DNA of 64,000 nucleotides from Ostrea edulis (taxonomy: Eukaryota): the NCBI RefSeq assembly GCF_947568905.1, contig NC_079164.1:27280001-27344000 (forward strand), written 5' to 3'. A model generated the notes under the pieces. It searched no databases. It saw only the letters and a list, made by a program, of their open reading frames with translations, and had not been told where the DNA came from. The translations under genes and the position numbers were made by a program. Shown here in pieces: positions 1-12,294 of the stretch; within the stretch, counting starts at the first letter, position 1, and every line of letters begins with the position of its first letter.

Positions 1-70
1 TAAATTAAGTGGCGGCCGCCAGTTAAATAAATATTAATTTTATACCGTGGCACCTATCGGCTTCCGTAGC
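1..70 (+). repeat. 3' end of an interspersed repeat with a GGCGGCCGCC-containing ~24-bp tandem core
   Basis: TAAATTAAGTGGCGGCCGCCAGTTAAATAAATATTAATT...GGCACCTATCGGCTTCCGTAG matches the ends of the elements at ~17020-17085 and ~45835-45902. Confidence 0.7.
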
Positions 71-161
71 TTAGTGCTGACTTATCAAATTGAGCAGTTA
101 TTTTAGTATGGCATCCCTATACATGGATGACAACTACATTTTAATAAATTTAAAGTACTTG

Positions 162-258
162 GAAGGCGAAGATAACGAACAGTGATCAATCTCATAACTC
201 TTATAAGCAATACAAAATAGAGAGTTGGGCAAACACGGACCCCTGGACACACCAGAAG
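162..258 (-). mobile_element. Penelope-like element (PLE) 3'-terminal fragment
   Basis: Reverse complement of the recurrent end GGGTCCGTGTTTGCCCAACTCTCTATTTTGTATTGCTTATA..GAGTTATGAGATTGATCACTGTTCGTTATCTTC, which follows the RT reading frame in longer copies. Confidence 0.7.
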
Positions 259-1681
259 AACACGGACTATTCCATATAACATCTTTATCCGTAAATAAAT
301 AAGTTGCGGTAGGGTACAAAAATGAACTAACCTTAAAACAGAAATGAGCGGTGCTTCATCAAATCAGCATTAAAAAAATCGAAACCGGTCATAGTGCACG
401 CTGACAACCGAGGAGAACGAATACAGACTAAACATCCCCAATATACAAATATACAGACTGCGGAATACACGGGTTGCGAGACCTCAGATGCTCCGCGATT
501 AAAACACGTTTGGAACAGGCTCCCAGCGTTAGAAGGTACCGCCAGGCCCATCCCTGAAATCTGACAATTCCAGTGTTTTGCAGAATGTTGACCAATCATG
601 AGAAGGACCCATAAAGGACGGACTATAAGAATGTCCCTGCGGATAATAAATTTAAGTTTACATACAACAAACTGTTTTACAGACTTATTATTCATTGAAG
701 GAGAATGATAAAGACATGGTGATTTTAGTGATGAGAGGATTATGGAAATAAATAGCAATTTAATCGGTCATTGGGATTTCAAAAGACTTATTTCATTGAT
801 ATAAATAATCATTTTACAAAATGTTTGTGCTATGTGAAAATTGCAGACGACTTCAGTTAATCATCCTTAATCAACACTAAAGAGAACAACACCTTCAAAA
901 ACTAAAGAGTATATAAGGTGTGTTTTGTCAAAGACGTTATCTTAGATTGTTTAATTTGATAAGACATGTAAAGGTTCTGCACTCGTTTGATGACGATTTT
1001 TTTATGGAGGCTATGGAAAACGGAAAAGTGAGAAAACCGTTTGGTGATGTGACGTGCTATATATGTCTCTGCTATTGAATATTTGGAGATCTGTGATGAT
1101 TTGTATCATTCTCTTTCGTCCATACGTGAATTGATTCCTATCGCAAAGCATAAAACACGATACAGATTTTTAAATTGACAGTGTAACAAGCTTGAGTTGA
1201 TAAGTAAAGTTTTGCGTGTAATTCACATTGCTCACGGCGGTACAAGGCGTACTGGTATTAGTTGGATATCATCATACGGATAAATGCATGTGGTTTATTT
1301 TTTTTAATCAGGCTTTATCAGTTGATGTAAATTATACACTTTAACTCAGTCACATTAAAAGGCCATCAAGCGAATTTCCTATCCAATTATTTATTCTTTG
1401 AGATAGATAACAAACGTTCCTCTTCGAAATTTTTATGACCATTTGACGTCGCAAGTTGAAGTAGAAAGTAAATAATTATGACGACACGGAAGTATGGAGA
1501 GCCCGCAAGTTCTTGCAATTGGTGAGTGAAATAGAGTTGAAATTTTCTATGAAACATAAAATTATTTTAAATATAACTACATATTGTAAATGAAATCCTA
1601 CTCTACGTGATGTTTCTACTACATGTAGATCAAATACTGTTATCGTGCTTGCCCACGTGCATTATAAATGAAAATCCTTCA

Positions 1682-1828
1682 NNNNNNNNNNNNNNNNNNN
1701 NNNNNNNNNNNNNNNNNNNNNNNNNNNNNNNNNNNNNNNNNNNNNNNNNNNNNNNNNNNNNNNNNNNNNNNNNNNNNNNNNNNNNNNNNNNNNNNNNNNN
1801 NNNNNNNNNNNNNNNNNNNNNNNNNNNN
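1682..1828. other. assembly gap (147 N)
   Basis: Run of N. Confidence 1.
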
Positions 1829-2150
1829 AACACTCAACAATCAAAAGTGTCGGATCTAATAGTAGATACGAGGTCAAATAAAAAAGGGATATAAAAGCAC
1901 TAAAAATTACCAATGACACGAATAACTTGTCCCTTCCTCGGGACGAGAGAATATTTATATAGAAAAGAAAACTAAATAGAAAAGGAAACTAAATCTACAA
2001 CTAAACTACAAAAGCTGATAACAAAACTTAGATTATTGAGTGTAATATGTGATAATAGAAAAGTCTGTTCCTATCGAGCGTCAAGACTGATCTGAACTGA
2101 TCAATCTTACGCTGGGCCAAGTCATTTCAGTGCTTTATACAAAAACTTAC

Positions 2151-2463
2151 TCATGTATGATTTAGTGTCACGTTGTAACCTTTGAGTCCGCTCGGTGTCC
2201 TGGAACCCAGCTGTTCCCTGTTCACGACTTTCTGAAATATTTTTGTGGATCACACGATTCCTGTTGTCATCTATCAATACGGACTTGTCATGTTTCTCTC
2301 TCTGAATCAACATTTCCATCATCTTTTCTAAGTAATATATTCGTTGATTCTGTAAACGTACCGTTTCTCTTAGAGAAGTGAGCTCCTTCACATCAATGAT
2401 AGCATGGGTCGCCGAATACAAACACGGGAGTAAAATGAAGGAAAAAAGCAAAAATATTACCAT
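2151..2463 (-). CDS. first coding exon of a secreted protein: signal peptide + coiled coil + RxxR site; downstream exon(s) not identified
   Basis: ATG at 2463. Hydrophobic MVIFLLFSFILLPCLYSATHA, heptad-like LTSLRETVRLQNQRIYYLEKMMEML, and RLQR. Ends at a phase-1 donor ATG A|GTAAGT (2150). The layout resembles leader exons of bivalve C1qDC/lectin/FReD-type secreted proteins (inference). Confidence 0.65.
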
Positions 2464-3093
2464 TTTAAAATGTTTTGGAGTTTTTACAACAGATTTGCTC
2501 TAGACGTTCCGTTTTATCGGAGAGAGTCACCATTAATACTCCTCTAGGCGTATCTCATACGACAAATCAGTGCAAGTAAATATATAAGGGAGTTTATTTT
2601 CAGTCTCTCAGTAGTTCCATAGAAACCAATGAACTTCAATACATACCATCGTCTGACCTTTTTCTTGCGGAGTACAAAAAATAAATCAACAAATAATTAC
2701 AAAAAAAACTAACTTTTAAAAAAAAATCCAAAAAACACCGTTGATGTAAGTAGAACAGCCTGTTTTCTCAAATAATGAGATTGATTAAATGATAAATGTT
2801 GAATCTTCCTGACATAATCTTTTTAAAATAATTGTACCAAACACCTAGTTCTAATCGTAACGGGACCGTTATGGTTGTTTCCAAACGTCCCCCGTTTAAA
2901 AACCAAATACCTTGCATTCTAAGGTTTTGTATAACATGTATGTACCTATGATGTCAATATTAGTCCAGTCTTGGAGATCTACATTTAATAGTGCGAAACT
3001 ATCCGCTGCTACCTAGTGATCTTCCAATCATCTTCACAATACCGCTGTTTTGTTATTTTTCTCTCTAATTTTATGTACAATTCAGTACTTTAG

Positions 3094-3094
<1 letters not shown>

Positions 3095-3143
<49 letters not shown>
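3095..3143. repeat. (TC)n microsatellite; related tracts at ~3697-3730, ~4298-4341, ~32319-32362, ~33374-33424
   Basis: Direct reading. Confidence 0.95.
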
Positions 3144-3149
<6 letters not shown>

Positions 3150-3315
3150 ATCTATTCTTATCAGATACGTTGGTGACGAATTCGCATTCTAGTACATTTT
3201 TAGTTAAAAATAGTATATTTATTAATTTAGTAAATTCGTGTATGATGTAGATATTTGGGTTTTTTTTTTCTCTTTTTTTTTTTTTTGGTCGCACTTGAGT
3301 AACATGGGTTCGTTT

Positions 3316-3570
3316 GATGGATGGTTGTATATTGTTTAACGGGGCGTTAAGAATCAAGAGTCAAGAATCTTTCAATCATATGGAGATGTCACCATTCCCG
3401 GTGAAGGGCTGCAAAATTTAGGCCAATGCTCGGCATTCCTTACGGCCTTTGAGCGGGGGGGGGGGGGGGGGGTTCTTTATCGTGTTTGGCAGTATCACAT
3501 GATGGACTAACCTATTTGGCCATTCACTTGCCTCAAGACAAGCAAGGGGTACTGAGGACCTATTTTACAT
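3316..3570 (-). mobile_element. SINE-like element (decayed), reverse orientation
   Basis: GGAGATGTCACCATTCCCGGTGAAGGGCTGCAAAATTTAGGCC...CTCGGC...GGGGTACTGAGGACCTATT is the reverse complement of the element at 8670-8929. Confidence 0.75.
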
Positions 3571-3691
3571 GTAGTTAACCAGGATGTGTAGTATGTAATA
3601 TCTGTTTATGTAATACGTTTCTCTTGATGAAGTCATGAAGACGCGGGTTGCGTCGAAAATGTGAAGTTTGAATAACCAATAGTGTTGTTGC

Positions 3692-3735
<44 letters not shown>

Positions 3736-3917
3736 GAAATAGAGGAAAAGGCATACAGAATTTCAATTTTTTGTGTATTTTTTCTTTTTCAATTTCTTTT
3801 AATACTTTAAACCGGGCACGGATGTTCTTATATTAAATGTATAGACATACTTTCCTGTATTTGACATTGAACTCAACAAATAACCGTTCTGTACCTATGC
3901 ATCTACATATTGTACTT

Positions 3918-4045
3918 TCATCTCTGATTTAGTGTCACGCTGTAACCTTTGAGTCAGCTCAATTTCCTGGATCCCAGCTGTTCCTTGTTCATGATCGACT
4001 TTCTGAAATATTTTTGTGGTTCACACGATTTCTGTTGTCGTTTTG
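3918..4045 (-). pseudogene. truncated/decayed copy of the coiled-coil leader exon (3' half)
   Basis: Encodes NDNRNRVNHKNISESR then a frameshift and RLQRDTKS; donor site lost; upstream part contains stops. Confidence 0.7.
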
Positions 4046-4297
4046 GGGTGGTGATCTTTGTGCGAGATTCATTTATTCGTCAATTGGTTGTGTGATTTTG
4101 TATTTTGATATTATTGAATCACTTTATTCTTACTAGCATTTGTCTTTGTCGGCACTGTTCATCATTCCCAATCCACAATGGTACGAATTACCACCTAACG
4201 TTTCAACATAATTGCTCTAATGACCTTCCAATCATCTTCACGATACCACAGTTTTGTTATTTTTCTCTCTAATTTTATGTACAATTCAGTACTTTAG

Positions 4298-4344
<47 letters not shown>

Positions 4345-4833
4345 ATGTACGTTGTATCTATTTATATCAGATACGCTGGTGACGAATTAGCATTCTAGTA
4401 CACTTTTAGTCAGAAATAGTTCATTTATCAATTTTGTCTATTCGTGCAATATTACTGTTAATGATGTAGATATTTGTCTTTATTTTTCCTTTTTCCTTTT
4501 TTGGTCGCACTTTAGTGGTATGGTTAGGTTGGATGGATGGTTTAATTTTTAAACGTCCCGCTCTAGAATCTTTCAATCATATGGATATGTCACCATCGCC
4601 GGTGAAGGGCTGCAGAATTTATGACTATGCTCAACATTCCTTCCGGCCATTGAACAGTGTCGTTGCAACCCCCCCTTTCTCTCTCTTTTAAGAAATAGAG
4701 GAAAAACATACAGAATTTCAATTTTGTGTGTATTTTTCTTTTTTAATTTCTTTTAATAGTTTAAATCGAATATATATAGAATTTCCTGTATTTGACATTG
4801 AACTCAACAAATATCCGTTCTGTACTTGTGCAT

Positions 4834-5130
4834 CTACTTATCCATGTCTGATTTAGTGTCACGTTGTAACCTTTGAGTCCCCTCGCTTTCCTGGAACCCA
4901 ACTGTTCCCTGTTCACGATTTTCTGAAATATTTTTGTGGATCACACGATTCCTGTTGTTATTTATTAATGCGTACTTGTCATGTTTCTCTCTCCGAATCA
5001 ACATTTCAGCCATCCTCTCTAAGTAATCTATTCGTTGATTTTGTAAATGCACCATTTTTCTTAGAGAAGTGAGCCTTTTCACATCAACGTCCACATAAAT
5101 CTCCAAATACAAGGCGATGTAAAATTTCAT
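4834..5130 (-). pseudogene. paralogous coiled-coil leader exon, shortened leader and mutated donor
   Basis: ORF closely similar to 2151-2463 from DVK onward; leader MKFYIALYLEIYVDV is short and charged; donor reads ATGG|ATAAGT instead of GTAAGT. Confidence 0.6.
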
Positions 5131-5632
5131 CGTTTTTGATTGTATGGAGTCTTTTTAACAGATTCACTCTACATATTCCCGTTTATCGGACAACGGATCT
5201 TTTTATGATCCTTTAAGTTAATTTCGTACGATATAGTCACATTAAGTACATGTAACAAACTAATGCTAATAAACTCAATTATTGCTTCATATAAAATTAT
5301 GTCTGTCATGTGCACTACTGATGTGTATTGCGAAGTGTTTCAAACATTGTTACTTTTTGTAAGCATCTACAGAAATGTTCTATTTCTTGGAGACTTTGGC
5401 ATTGCCATTGTTTAAATAAAAGCATTAACACCAGTTTTGGGTCATTTCTTTGAGTATTTCCCCATTCTTTGTGACAAGACAAACCTTTCTCATACATAAA
5501 GTAATGTACTGACTAGGTATTTTGAGGTACAAAATCATGTAGAAGTACCATGCCAGTTTTACGTTAGCGCAATTACCACCCAATGCATTTCGACACAACC
5601 ATCACCACTAAAAAAAGCTTGAATATCGAAAA

Positions 5633-5837
5633 CAGGCGCAGATATAAGAGGGGTGGGGTAGGGGTGGTGGTAACCCTCCCCTCGAGATTGGCAAATATAC
5701 AAATATTTGTCTACTTTTATGCACTAACATACTGTGTTAGACCCTAATATACACCTGTAGATTGGACCCTTGAAAATACAATGTAATTGCATATCGTAGA
5801 ATCTCCAACCTGTGGAAAAATTCTTGATCCGCGCATG
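5633..5837. mobile_element. short MITE-like element (second copy ~34378-34583)
   Basis: Ends CAGGCGC(A/G)GAT... and ...GATCCGCGCATG form a short inverted repeat around G-rich/C-rich subtermini. Confidence 0.55.
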
Positions 5838-6810
5838 CCCTCAATATCAATCTAGACGTTCAATGCATTGGAAGATTTATGGCATCATAAAATTGCACAT
5901 TTTTTTCACAATATCATTATATCGTGATGAATACTAAATCATTAAACCCGGATTAAATCACTAGAACATTGGGGCACAATTCAGTTGGCTTGAAGTGTTT
6001 ATATTTCATATATATTGGTCCTTAAACAATTCTTATTGTTTCTTAAAACAGTTCTTACGTGTGAAACATTCAATATTTCCGCAATGAGCGTGTGAATATG
6101 GTGTATGCTGTTGAATTGATTTTATTTTACATTTTCCTAGACTTGAAAGGTAATGTATATTTTCATGATTTCTTTTCTTCATAACCATATAGAAAAATAC
6201 ACAGTTAAAAATAATCACGTCTTAACTGTTTGGTAACCGCAATATGAATGTTTTGTAATCAAAGAACAGACCAATAAATAACATTAATTTGTGAGTATTT
6301 ATATTCCACGTAGGCATTCGATACTGAAATCAGTTGTTACACATTGATATTCTATACTGAAATCATTTGTCACACATATATTGATATCCAAACTTCCCCT
6401 CACCTTTCAAGCTGTCAGTAATTGTTCATTCCTTTGGCCGTTACGTATATTCCGGTTTAATTTGCGCGATAATAGCTACCGAGGAGAGAAATTAGATTAA
6501 CTCTATATTAATCAATCATCAAAACAATGAAGATTCGTGTTACAATCATAATTGGTTTTGTCCTCTTTAAATACCATTGTTTCAATATCACGATATATTG
6601 AACAATATCTTAAATATATTTCACAACGGTAAGAGAATGCATCCAAATATTGAGTTAATGTTGTTCCAATTCATAGTAAATCATGATGAAACATGCATTT
6701 CATTTAACAATATTCTGAACTTCTGTAAAATGCAACAAGCTTTAATTTTCTCCTTTTACACAAATGTTAATTATTTTCAAGAATGTGATGTCATGTTTTT
6801 CATTTGGCAG

Positions 6811-9800
6811 TGAAATGTATGCTGATTTCGTCTCCGTGTATGGAAACACAATACTGGAACAATTACACACTCCAATGTTTCCAGAACCACAGTATATATA
6901 TCACACGCCACATCGGTAAAGATGTCGTCCAGCAATGGACTCCGCCAGAAAATACATCGGGATGTCAGGAAATGATTTCAAATTATTGTAGTTTTTCATT
7001 ACCACTCGAAGAAATGATAAGAAAATATTCATCACCGTTTGCATCTGCAGTAAACCAATGTAATAACAAAAGAGAGTGTACATTACCTGCAGATTATTTT
7101 GGAAAAATTGATTCCGATCTTCGAAGTTTATGCAAGGACAGTCTTAACATCTCGTTTCGTCAGAGTATTGAATATGAATGCATACCAGGTGTGTACATGT
7201 ACACATATTTCTGAACCTATTCAATATCTGGCTAGTTTATTTATAATGTTTCAGACGAATTCGTGAATATTTTATTTTTTGTTCTTCGTAGATGCACATG
7301 TAGTGAGGAACTGTTCCGGAGTAACGGACAATAGATCAAAACATATTTACCTACAGCTCTTTGACGGATTTAGTGACCAGCCTTGTCATGTTTACGCCGA
7401 TTTATCAAAAGTTAAAATTTTACAAACCTACCAGACAGAGTTACGCATTTCATCGAATGGAATTCTTATCTATGGTATGAAATGTCAGCGAAGATTTTTG
7501 TTTACTTTTACATTATCTATGCATTGACATGGGACCAAGATATATTCATTTCAAAGATACAGAATTATTTGAAGGCCATTCAACCATAGAATCTATAGTC
7601 GTTTAGGATATGTTGACCTTCACATCCAGTAGTACCAATAGACCCACGGGCTGTATCGATCATCTGAGTATCATGTAATGCACATGTCAGGCACATAACA
7701 TTGTTTATCAAAGTGAGGGTGGAGGTGCCTTATCCTCAAGTGTTGTGTGCAATTGTGTGGTGCAAGTGATTGAGAACTAAATGTCCGTATGTTAAAATAG
7801 AAGCACAGGCAATCCTAGTATTGCTAATATCTCTGATGTAATAAGCAGTGTATTACTTCATAGTTTAAACCAAGATCCTCTTATTTGTATAGATCAACAG
7901 TCAGTACATCATCAAATAGTATCAAGAAAACAAGTTAAAACAAGTGATCTTGACCTTATTCAAATGACTTTGGTTCAAGGTTAATACACATTTTCCGGTT
8001 AGCAATCTTCGTGTATACACAAGTTAGATATTCAGGAGTAAATCTATTGAGTTAACTGCTGTCTGGCGTGTTTCATTCCGATTCTTACAATGAAGGCCGT
8101 TCTTGGCACACTGATTTTGACAACGAATAACTCCGTTTACCTGATCAAGATATAGGGCTCACGGCAGGTGTGACCGGTCGACAGGTGATGCTTACTCCTC
8201 CTATGCACCTGATCCCACCTCTAGTGTGTCCAGGGGTCCGTGTTTACCCAACTCTCTATCTTGTCTTGTTTATAGGAGTCATGAGATTGATCACTGTTCG
8301 TTACATTTCATGTTTACTATGAGCTATAGAACCCCACCCTTGGACCAGAACTACAAACCCGGGGTTTATGAATTTCATAATTTGGGCTTCATGTTCATCA
8401 TAACTATGCACCCAGTGTGTATTTTAGATGTTCAGAGTAATAACCATTTAATACATTTTCACAAGGTGGTTTCCTCAGAATTAGAGATCAATACATATTT
8501 GAATAACTATATATATAATACATGCAGCCGGTTCCTGGAACCCTTGGCCCATAAGACATGAATTCAACAGTTTTGATAAAGCCGGGTGTGCATTATACCA
8601 TGGGCATAATTTATTACTTAATATTTACATTCGTTGAATATTTTCTCTTATATTTCTTTTGGAATCAATCCCGTGGGGATCCGGGCTAGAATGGGTCCTC
8701 AGTAACCCTTGCTTGTCGTAAGAGATGACTAAATGAGGCGGTCCTTTGGATGAGATAGCAAAAACAGAGGTTCCGTATCATATCAGGTGTGGCACGATAA
8801 AGATTCCTCCCTGCCCAATGGCCATAAACGCCGAGCATAGACCTAAATTTTGCAGCTTTGCATCGGCAATAGTAACGTCTCCATCCGAGTGAAATATTAG
8901 TACGTTAAACAATACACAAACAATCAATCTTTTAGAATTGGCATTGCTTTCATCTGCGGCTAATAATACATGTATTTTGAAAACTAGTTCGATCCAGTTT
9001 TTAGTACCGCCTGTCTGCGTTATCATTACCAAATATGGAACATCATCAAGATCAAACGGTGAATTGGTTGTTTCGTTTAACGTAACGAATGAGTCAATCA
9101 TACATTATTTTAATACGTATTTCTAGTCTTTTTGTATGCTTCGAAAATACATAAAACTATAGATATGAAGGTAGCAATCATTGCAGAAAAAATTCATGAT
9201 TTTTTCCCTGCAATGCTTGCTACCTTCATTACCCGATGAAACAACAAATAAAGCATTTTATTGTCTAAATATTGAGATATACAATGTTTGTACCTTTTGA
9301 AATTTTACCGACTGAAATGATAGCCATTTCGTCATGAATGCGGACTATATAGCACGTCTATTTTCACGGCTGAGAATTCAGATGAAGTTAAAAAATAAAT
9401 AGTGAAATGAATTTCAATTTTGAAAAATACTTCAGGATATGAACTCCAACGCTTCATGCCAGCATATGCATTTTCAACATATGATACATATGGCATATAC
9501 ATGTAGCTCCATCTTGAAGCTTAAATCCTTGATCCAGGGATATTGATAGAAGCATTCATGCTCAATAAATGCCTAGTTTAAATATACAGTATATTTTCAC
9601 CGTATGATCCAATGCTGGTCTCAGATTACACACTTTTGTCAGAGACCTAATAGCTCATATTTTAGCAGTTACATGTATGTATTTTTACCATCTGATCCAT
9701 GAGTTTCACTTTTCTAGTAAAGGTTTCAGTCCTACCCTGGGATTCCATAAGGTCAGGGACCACAAAATTCACAATGTTTGTTCCCCTTCCTAAATTTATG

Positions 9801-11061
9801 CCCCACAACAAAATTAATTTTGAAAAGTAAGTAAAGGCACCTAGAAAAGTTAATGACGGACGACGCAAGATGACGGATGGACACGTTAAGAAATAGGTCA
9901 TTTGAAATCTCAGGATACTGGTAAAACTTGTCGCTACTTTTGCTATTTAATCTAAAGTCATTTTACAGAACACCTAGCGTCCAATGCTGGCCTATATGGT
10001 GTAGACATTCCTCTGTTTACAAACCACCTGATAATTGATATGCGGGAAAGAAGTACAAATACCTATATAATGATGAAATTAGAAGGTATGGTGCATTTAA
10101 AAAGAAATGGAGCTCTGAAATATATGGTATAGTTTCACTCTGTTTTACATGAAATTTTGTTTTCATTGAATATTTGTAATCAGAATTATACCCAACATCA
10201 CTTCCTTCTATGTAGAAAAGTATAACCACCATTTCCATTATCTTTTCATACTAGTCAAGAAATCGTCAAAAATCGTCTTTGAAGTCGGAGGATCTCACGG
10301 TAGCATCAAAATTGTGAAAAGTAAGTGAAATACTACAATATTTGATAAATGACATTTTTGTTTTGTTCCCTTGTATCTGTCAGTTCTTCGATGGGCTAAC
10401 AGTATGAGGCATAAATGACATTGCAGTTAAATATTCTAACGTCTTAGTATGAAGCAGATAAAAGGCGAAGATAACGAACGGTGATCAATCTCATAACTTC
10501 CACAATCAATACAAAATAGAGAGTTGGGTAATCAATCATCTTTAAACAGCTTGATTATATGTCATGCGGTTCGTTTCTTTCAGAGGAGACCCACACCAGT
10601 GCCTTCATATGGATTCCCACCATATTCACCGTGATGCTTATTCTCCTTGTATCATTTTCAATCTGTCAACAAAGGTACATAAAGGAAAAAAAACTATTAA
10701 CTTTTAATACATCAAATAAAATATCAGGCGGTTGCTATTCAGATTTTATTTAAATTAGGCTAATATATATATATATTTCAGAATGCAGCACTCGAGGTCG
10801 GCAGTAATCGACATGGCTGATACTGGTGGTAAACTCGTATTCCGACTGGAGACCAAAAGAAAGGGCAATGGTATCAAGATAGAGATGCATAAAGCGGAGT
10901 GTTTGTGTGAACCGCCTCAGTCGCGCACCACAAGAGTAATCTCTTATCCTCTGTACATACCCTCCAAACATGTCAGCACAGTAAATAACACAATGAACAG
11001 TGAACAAGACCTCTCAGATGCAGAATCTGAAACTTACATAGATATGTTATCAAGAAACTAG
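6811..11061 (+). CDS. Gene A: SUEL-like lectin domain / beta-rich domain / TM / Tyr-motif tail type I receptor (first exon unresolved)
   Basis: Phase-compatible exons with AG/GT boundaries: 6811-7188 (8-Cys SUEL-like, ...CNNKRECTL...LC...IEYEC), 7292-7474, 9969-10085 (EHLASNAGLYGVDIP...), possible 10255-10320 and 10384-10401, TM exon 10584-10674 (FIWIPTIFTVMLILLVSFSIC), last exon 10782-11061 ending ETYIDMLSRN*. Exon 3 and exon 4 lengths (183, 117 nt) equal those of paralog B. Confidence 0.85.
8058..8310 (+). mobile_element. PLE 3'-terminal fragment (intron of gene A; copy at ~36827-37085)
   Basis: CTGTCTGGCGTGTTTCAT...GATGCTTACTCCTCCTATGCACCTGATCCCACCTC...GAGATTGATCACTGTTCG. Confidence 0.75.
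8670..8929 (+). mobile_element. SINE-like element with (AATC)n tail (copy at ~37445-37705)
   Basis: CCGTGGGGATCCGGG...GCTTGTCGTAAGAG...GGTGTGGCACGATAAAGAT...AGACCTAAATTTTGCAGC...GACGTCTCC...CAATCAATC; about ten related copies on both strands in the window. Confidence 0.75.
9165..9229. repeat. 22-bp-arm palindrome (21/22 match) inside an intronic repeat; copy at 37940-38004
   Basis: ATGAAGGTAGCAATCATTGCAG-spacer-CTGCAATGCTTGCTACCTTCAT. Confidence 0.9.
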
Positions 11062-12294
11062 TAAAGAACACTGGATTTGACAAACGACAGCGATGTGATT
11101 TACAAAGATAGACTCACGGCGCATTAATTCATATTCCGCCTGCGAGCAGGTCGTAATATAAGTACAGACGATGTATCCGATGATATTCGATTTTATTTAT
11201 AGTACATATAAAAAATTTATTCCTTGCCAAAAATATGAGAAACCCAAATTCTACCTGAAATTTTATCCCTTGATAATCTACGGTAGTAGTTAACGTTAGA
11301 TAGAAATTCATTTGGTCAAAATCCAAGAAAGTGTCCTTGAAACAAAAATCCTGCTGCACCTCTCGAAACAGACGCCGTGTTTAGCAAACTGTAATAAGAG
11401 TGTTCTTTAAAAAGATTTCTGATTTGCATCATAACATGTATTTTCGAAATGAAGAACGTTTTTAAGTGTGCATGACGTTATGAACTTCCAGTTGCTCTCC
11501 TGGCATATGTTCTATGATGAGCATATGCGAAAAATACCCGGATTTGACTTTGGACTAGTTTTATACTTGTACTATCTCAATAAAGGCTGGGTATATTGAA
11601 GTTACCCTGGTCCGTCCGCCTGTCACACTTTCTTTTTCCTCAAACTTTTTTTGAATATGAAAAATATTTTTTTTATTTGTTCTCAATAAATTGCGATTAC
11701 ATTGTGATATACTTGTTCGATTCTAAATATTAAAGGAAGAGTTGTTGTGTATTGCTGGCACATAGTGAAACACTATGTGCTACCTTAGTAAACAACTCTG
11801 ACATATATGTATTTGTTTGACACAAACAAACGGCACATTGCATCAAAATCTGCATTTTGATAAGTACATGTATAAATTGTCATACAGTAAAAGGTCATAT
11901 CTCCTTAGAAAACAAAGATTGTGGTGAGTATTGCAAACTTCATTATGCCACTACGCAAGAATACACGTAAAAGGAAATCTACAAGACAGACAAACATTAC
12001 CGGCTCTTAGTAATTAGTGTTATGGGTCAGAACACACCATTGGTATAGCGCAGCAGAATTTACTAACAAAAGGGAACTAAACAATTAATAAGATTTCTTT
12101 ACAATTAATAATTGAAAGATAATTATAATTGTAAGAATAGCAAAATACTAACTACGGTAGTTGAATGATAAATCCAAACATAACCTACACACACAAAAAT
12201 ATTAATCCCAAATCGTAATTCCCAGTGAAATTAAATCCAACAGCATATAAAGGTGTCTAACCAGAGCCTTTTTATCATAAGAATTTCAGTATAT

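Noticed and set aside
333-758. 141-aa minus-strand ORF as second exon of the coiled-coil gene
   Set aside because: Its plausible acceptor gives a stop within five codons in the phase required by the 2150 donor, and no recognisable domain is present.
3050-3766. ORFs with SLSL/RERE runs (also 32217, 39526, 48447)
   Set aside because: These are translations of (TC)n and (TA)n microsatellites.
5575-5600. GCATTTCGACA motif resembling part of the hammerhead insert (also ~34325-34340)
   Set aside because: The CUGANGA core and stem II are missing; at most a decayed remnant.
8670-8730. 5' end of the SINE-like element as an HDV-like ribozyme (TCCTC(A/G)G loop, GGCGAC)
   Set aside because: I could not build the nested double pseudoknot (no consistent P1/P2 pairing) by hand.
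8936-9058. Phase-1/phase-1 open stretch (ELALLSSAANN...SRSNG) as an extra exon of gene A
   Set aside because: It directly abuts a SINE tail and has no counterpart in gene B; the true homologous exon 4 is 9969-10085.
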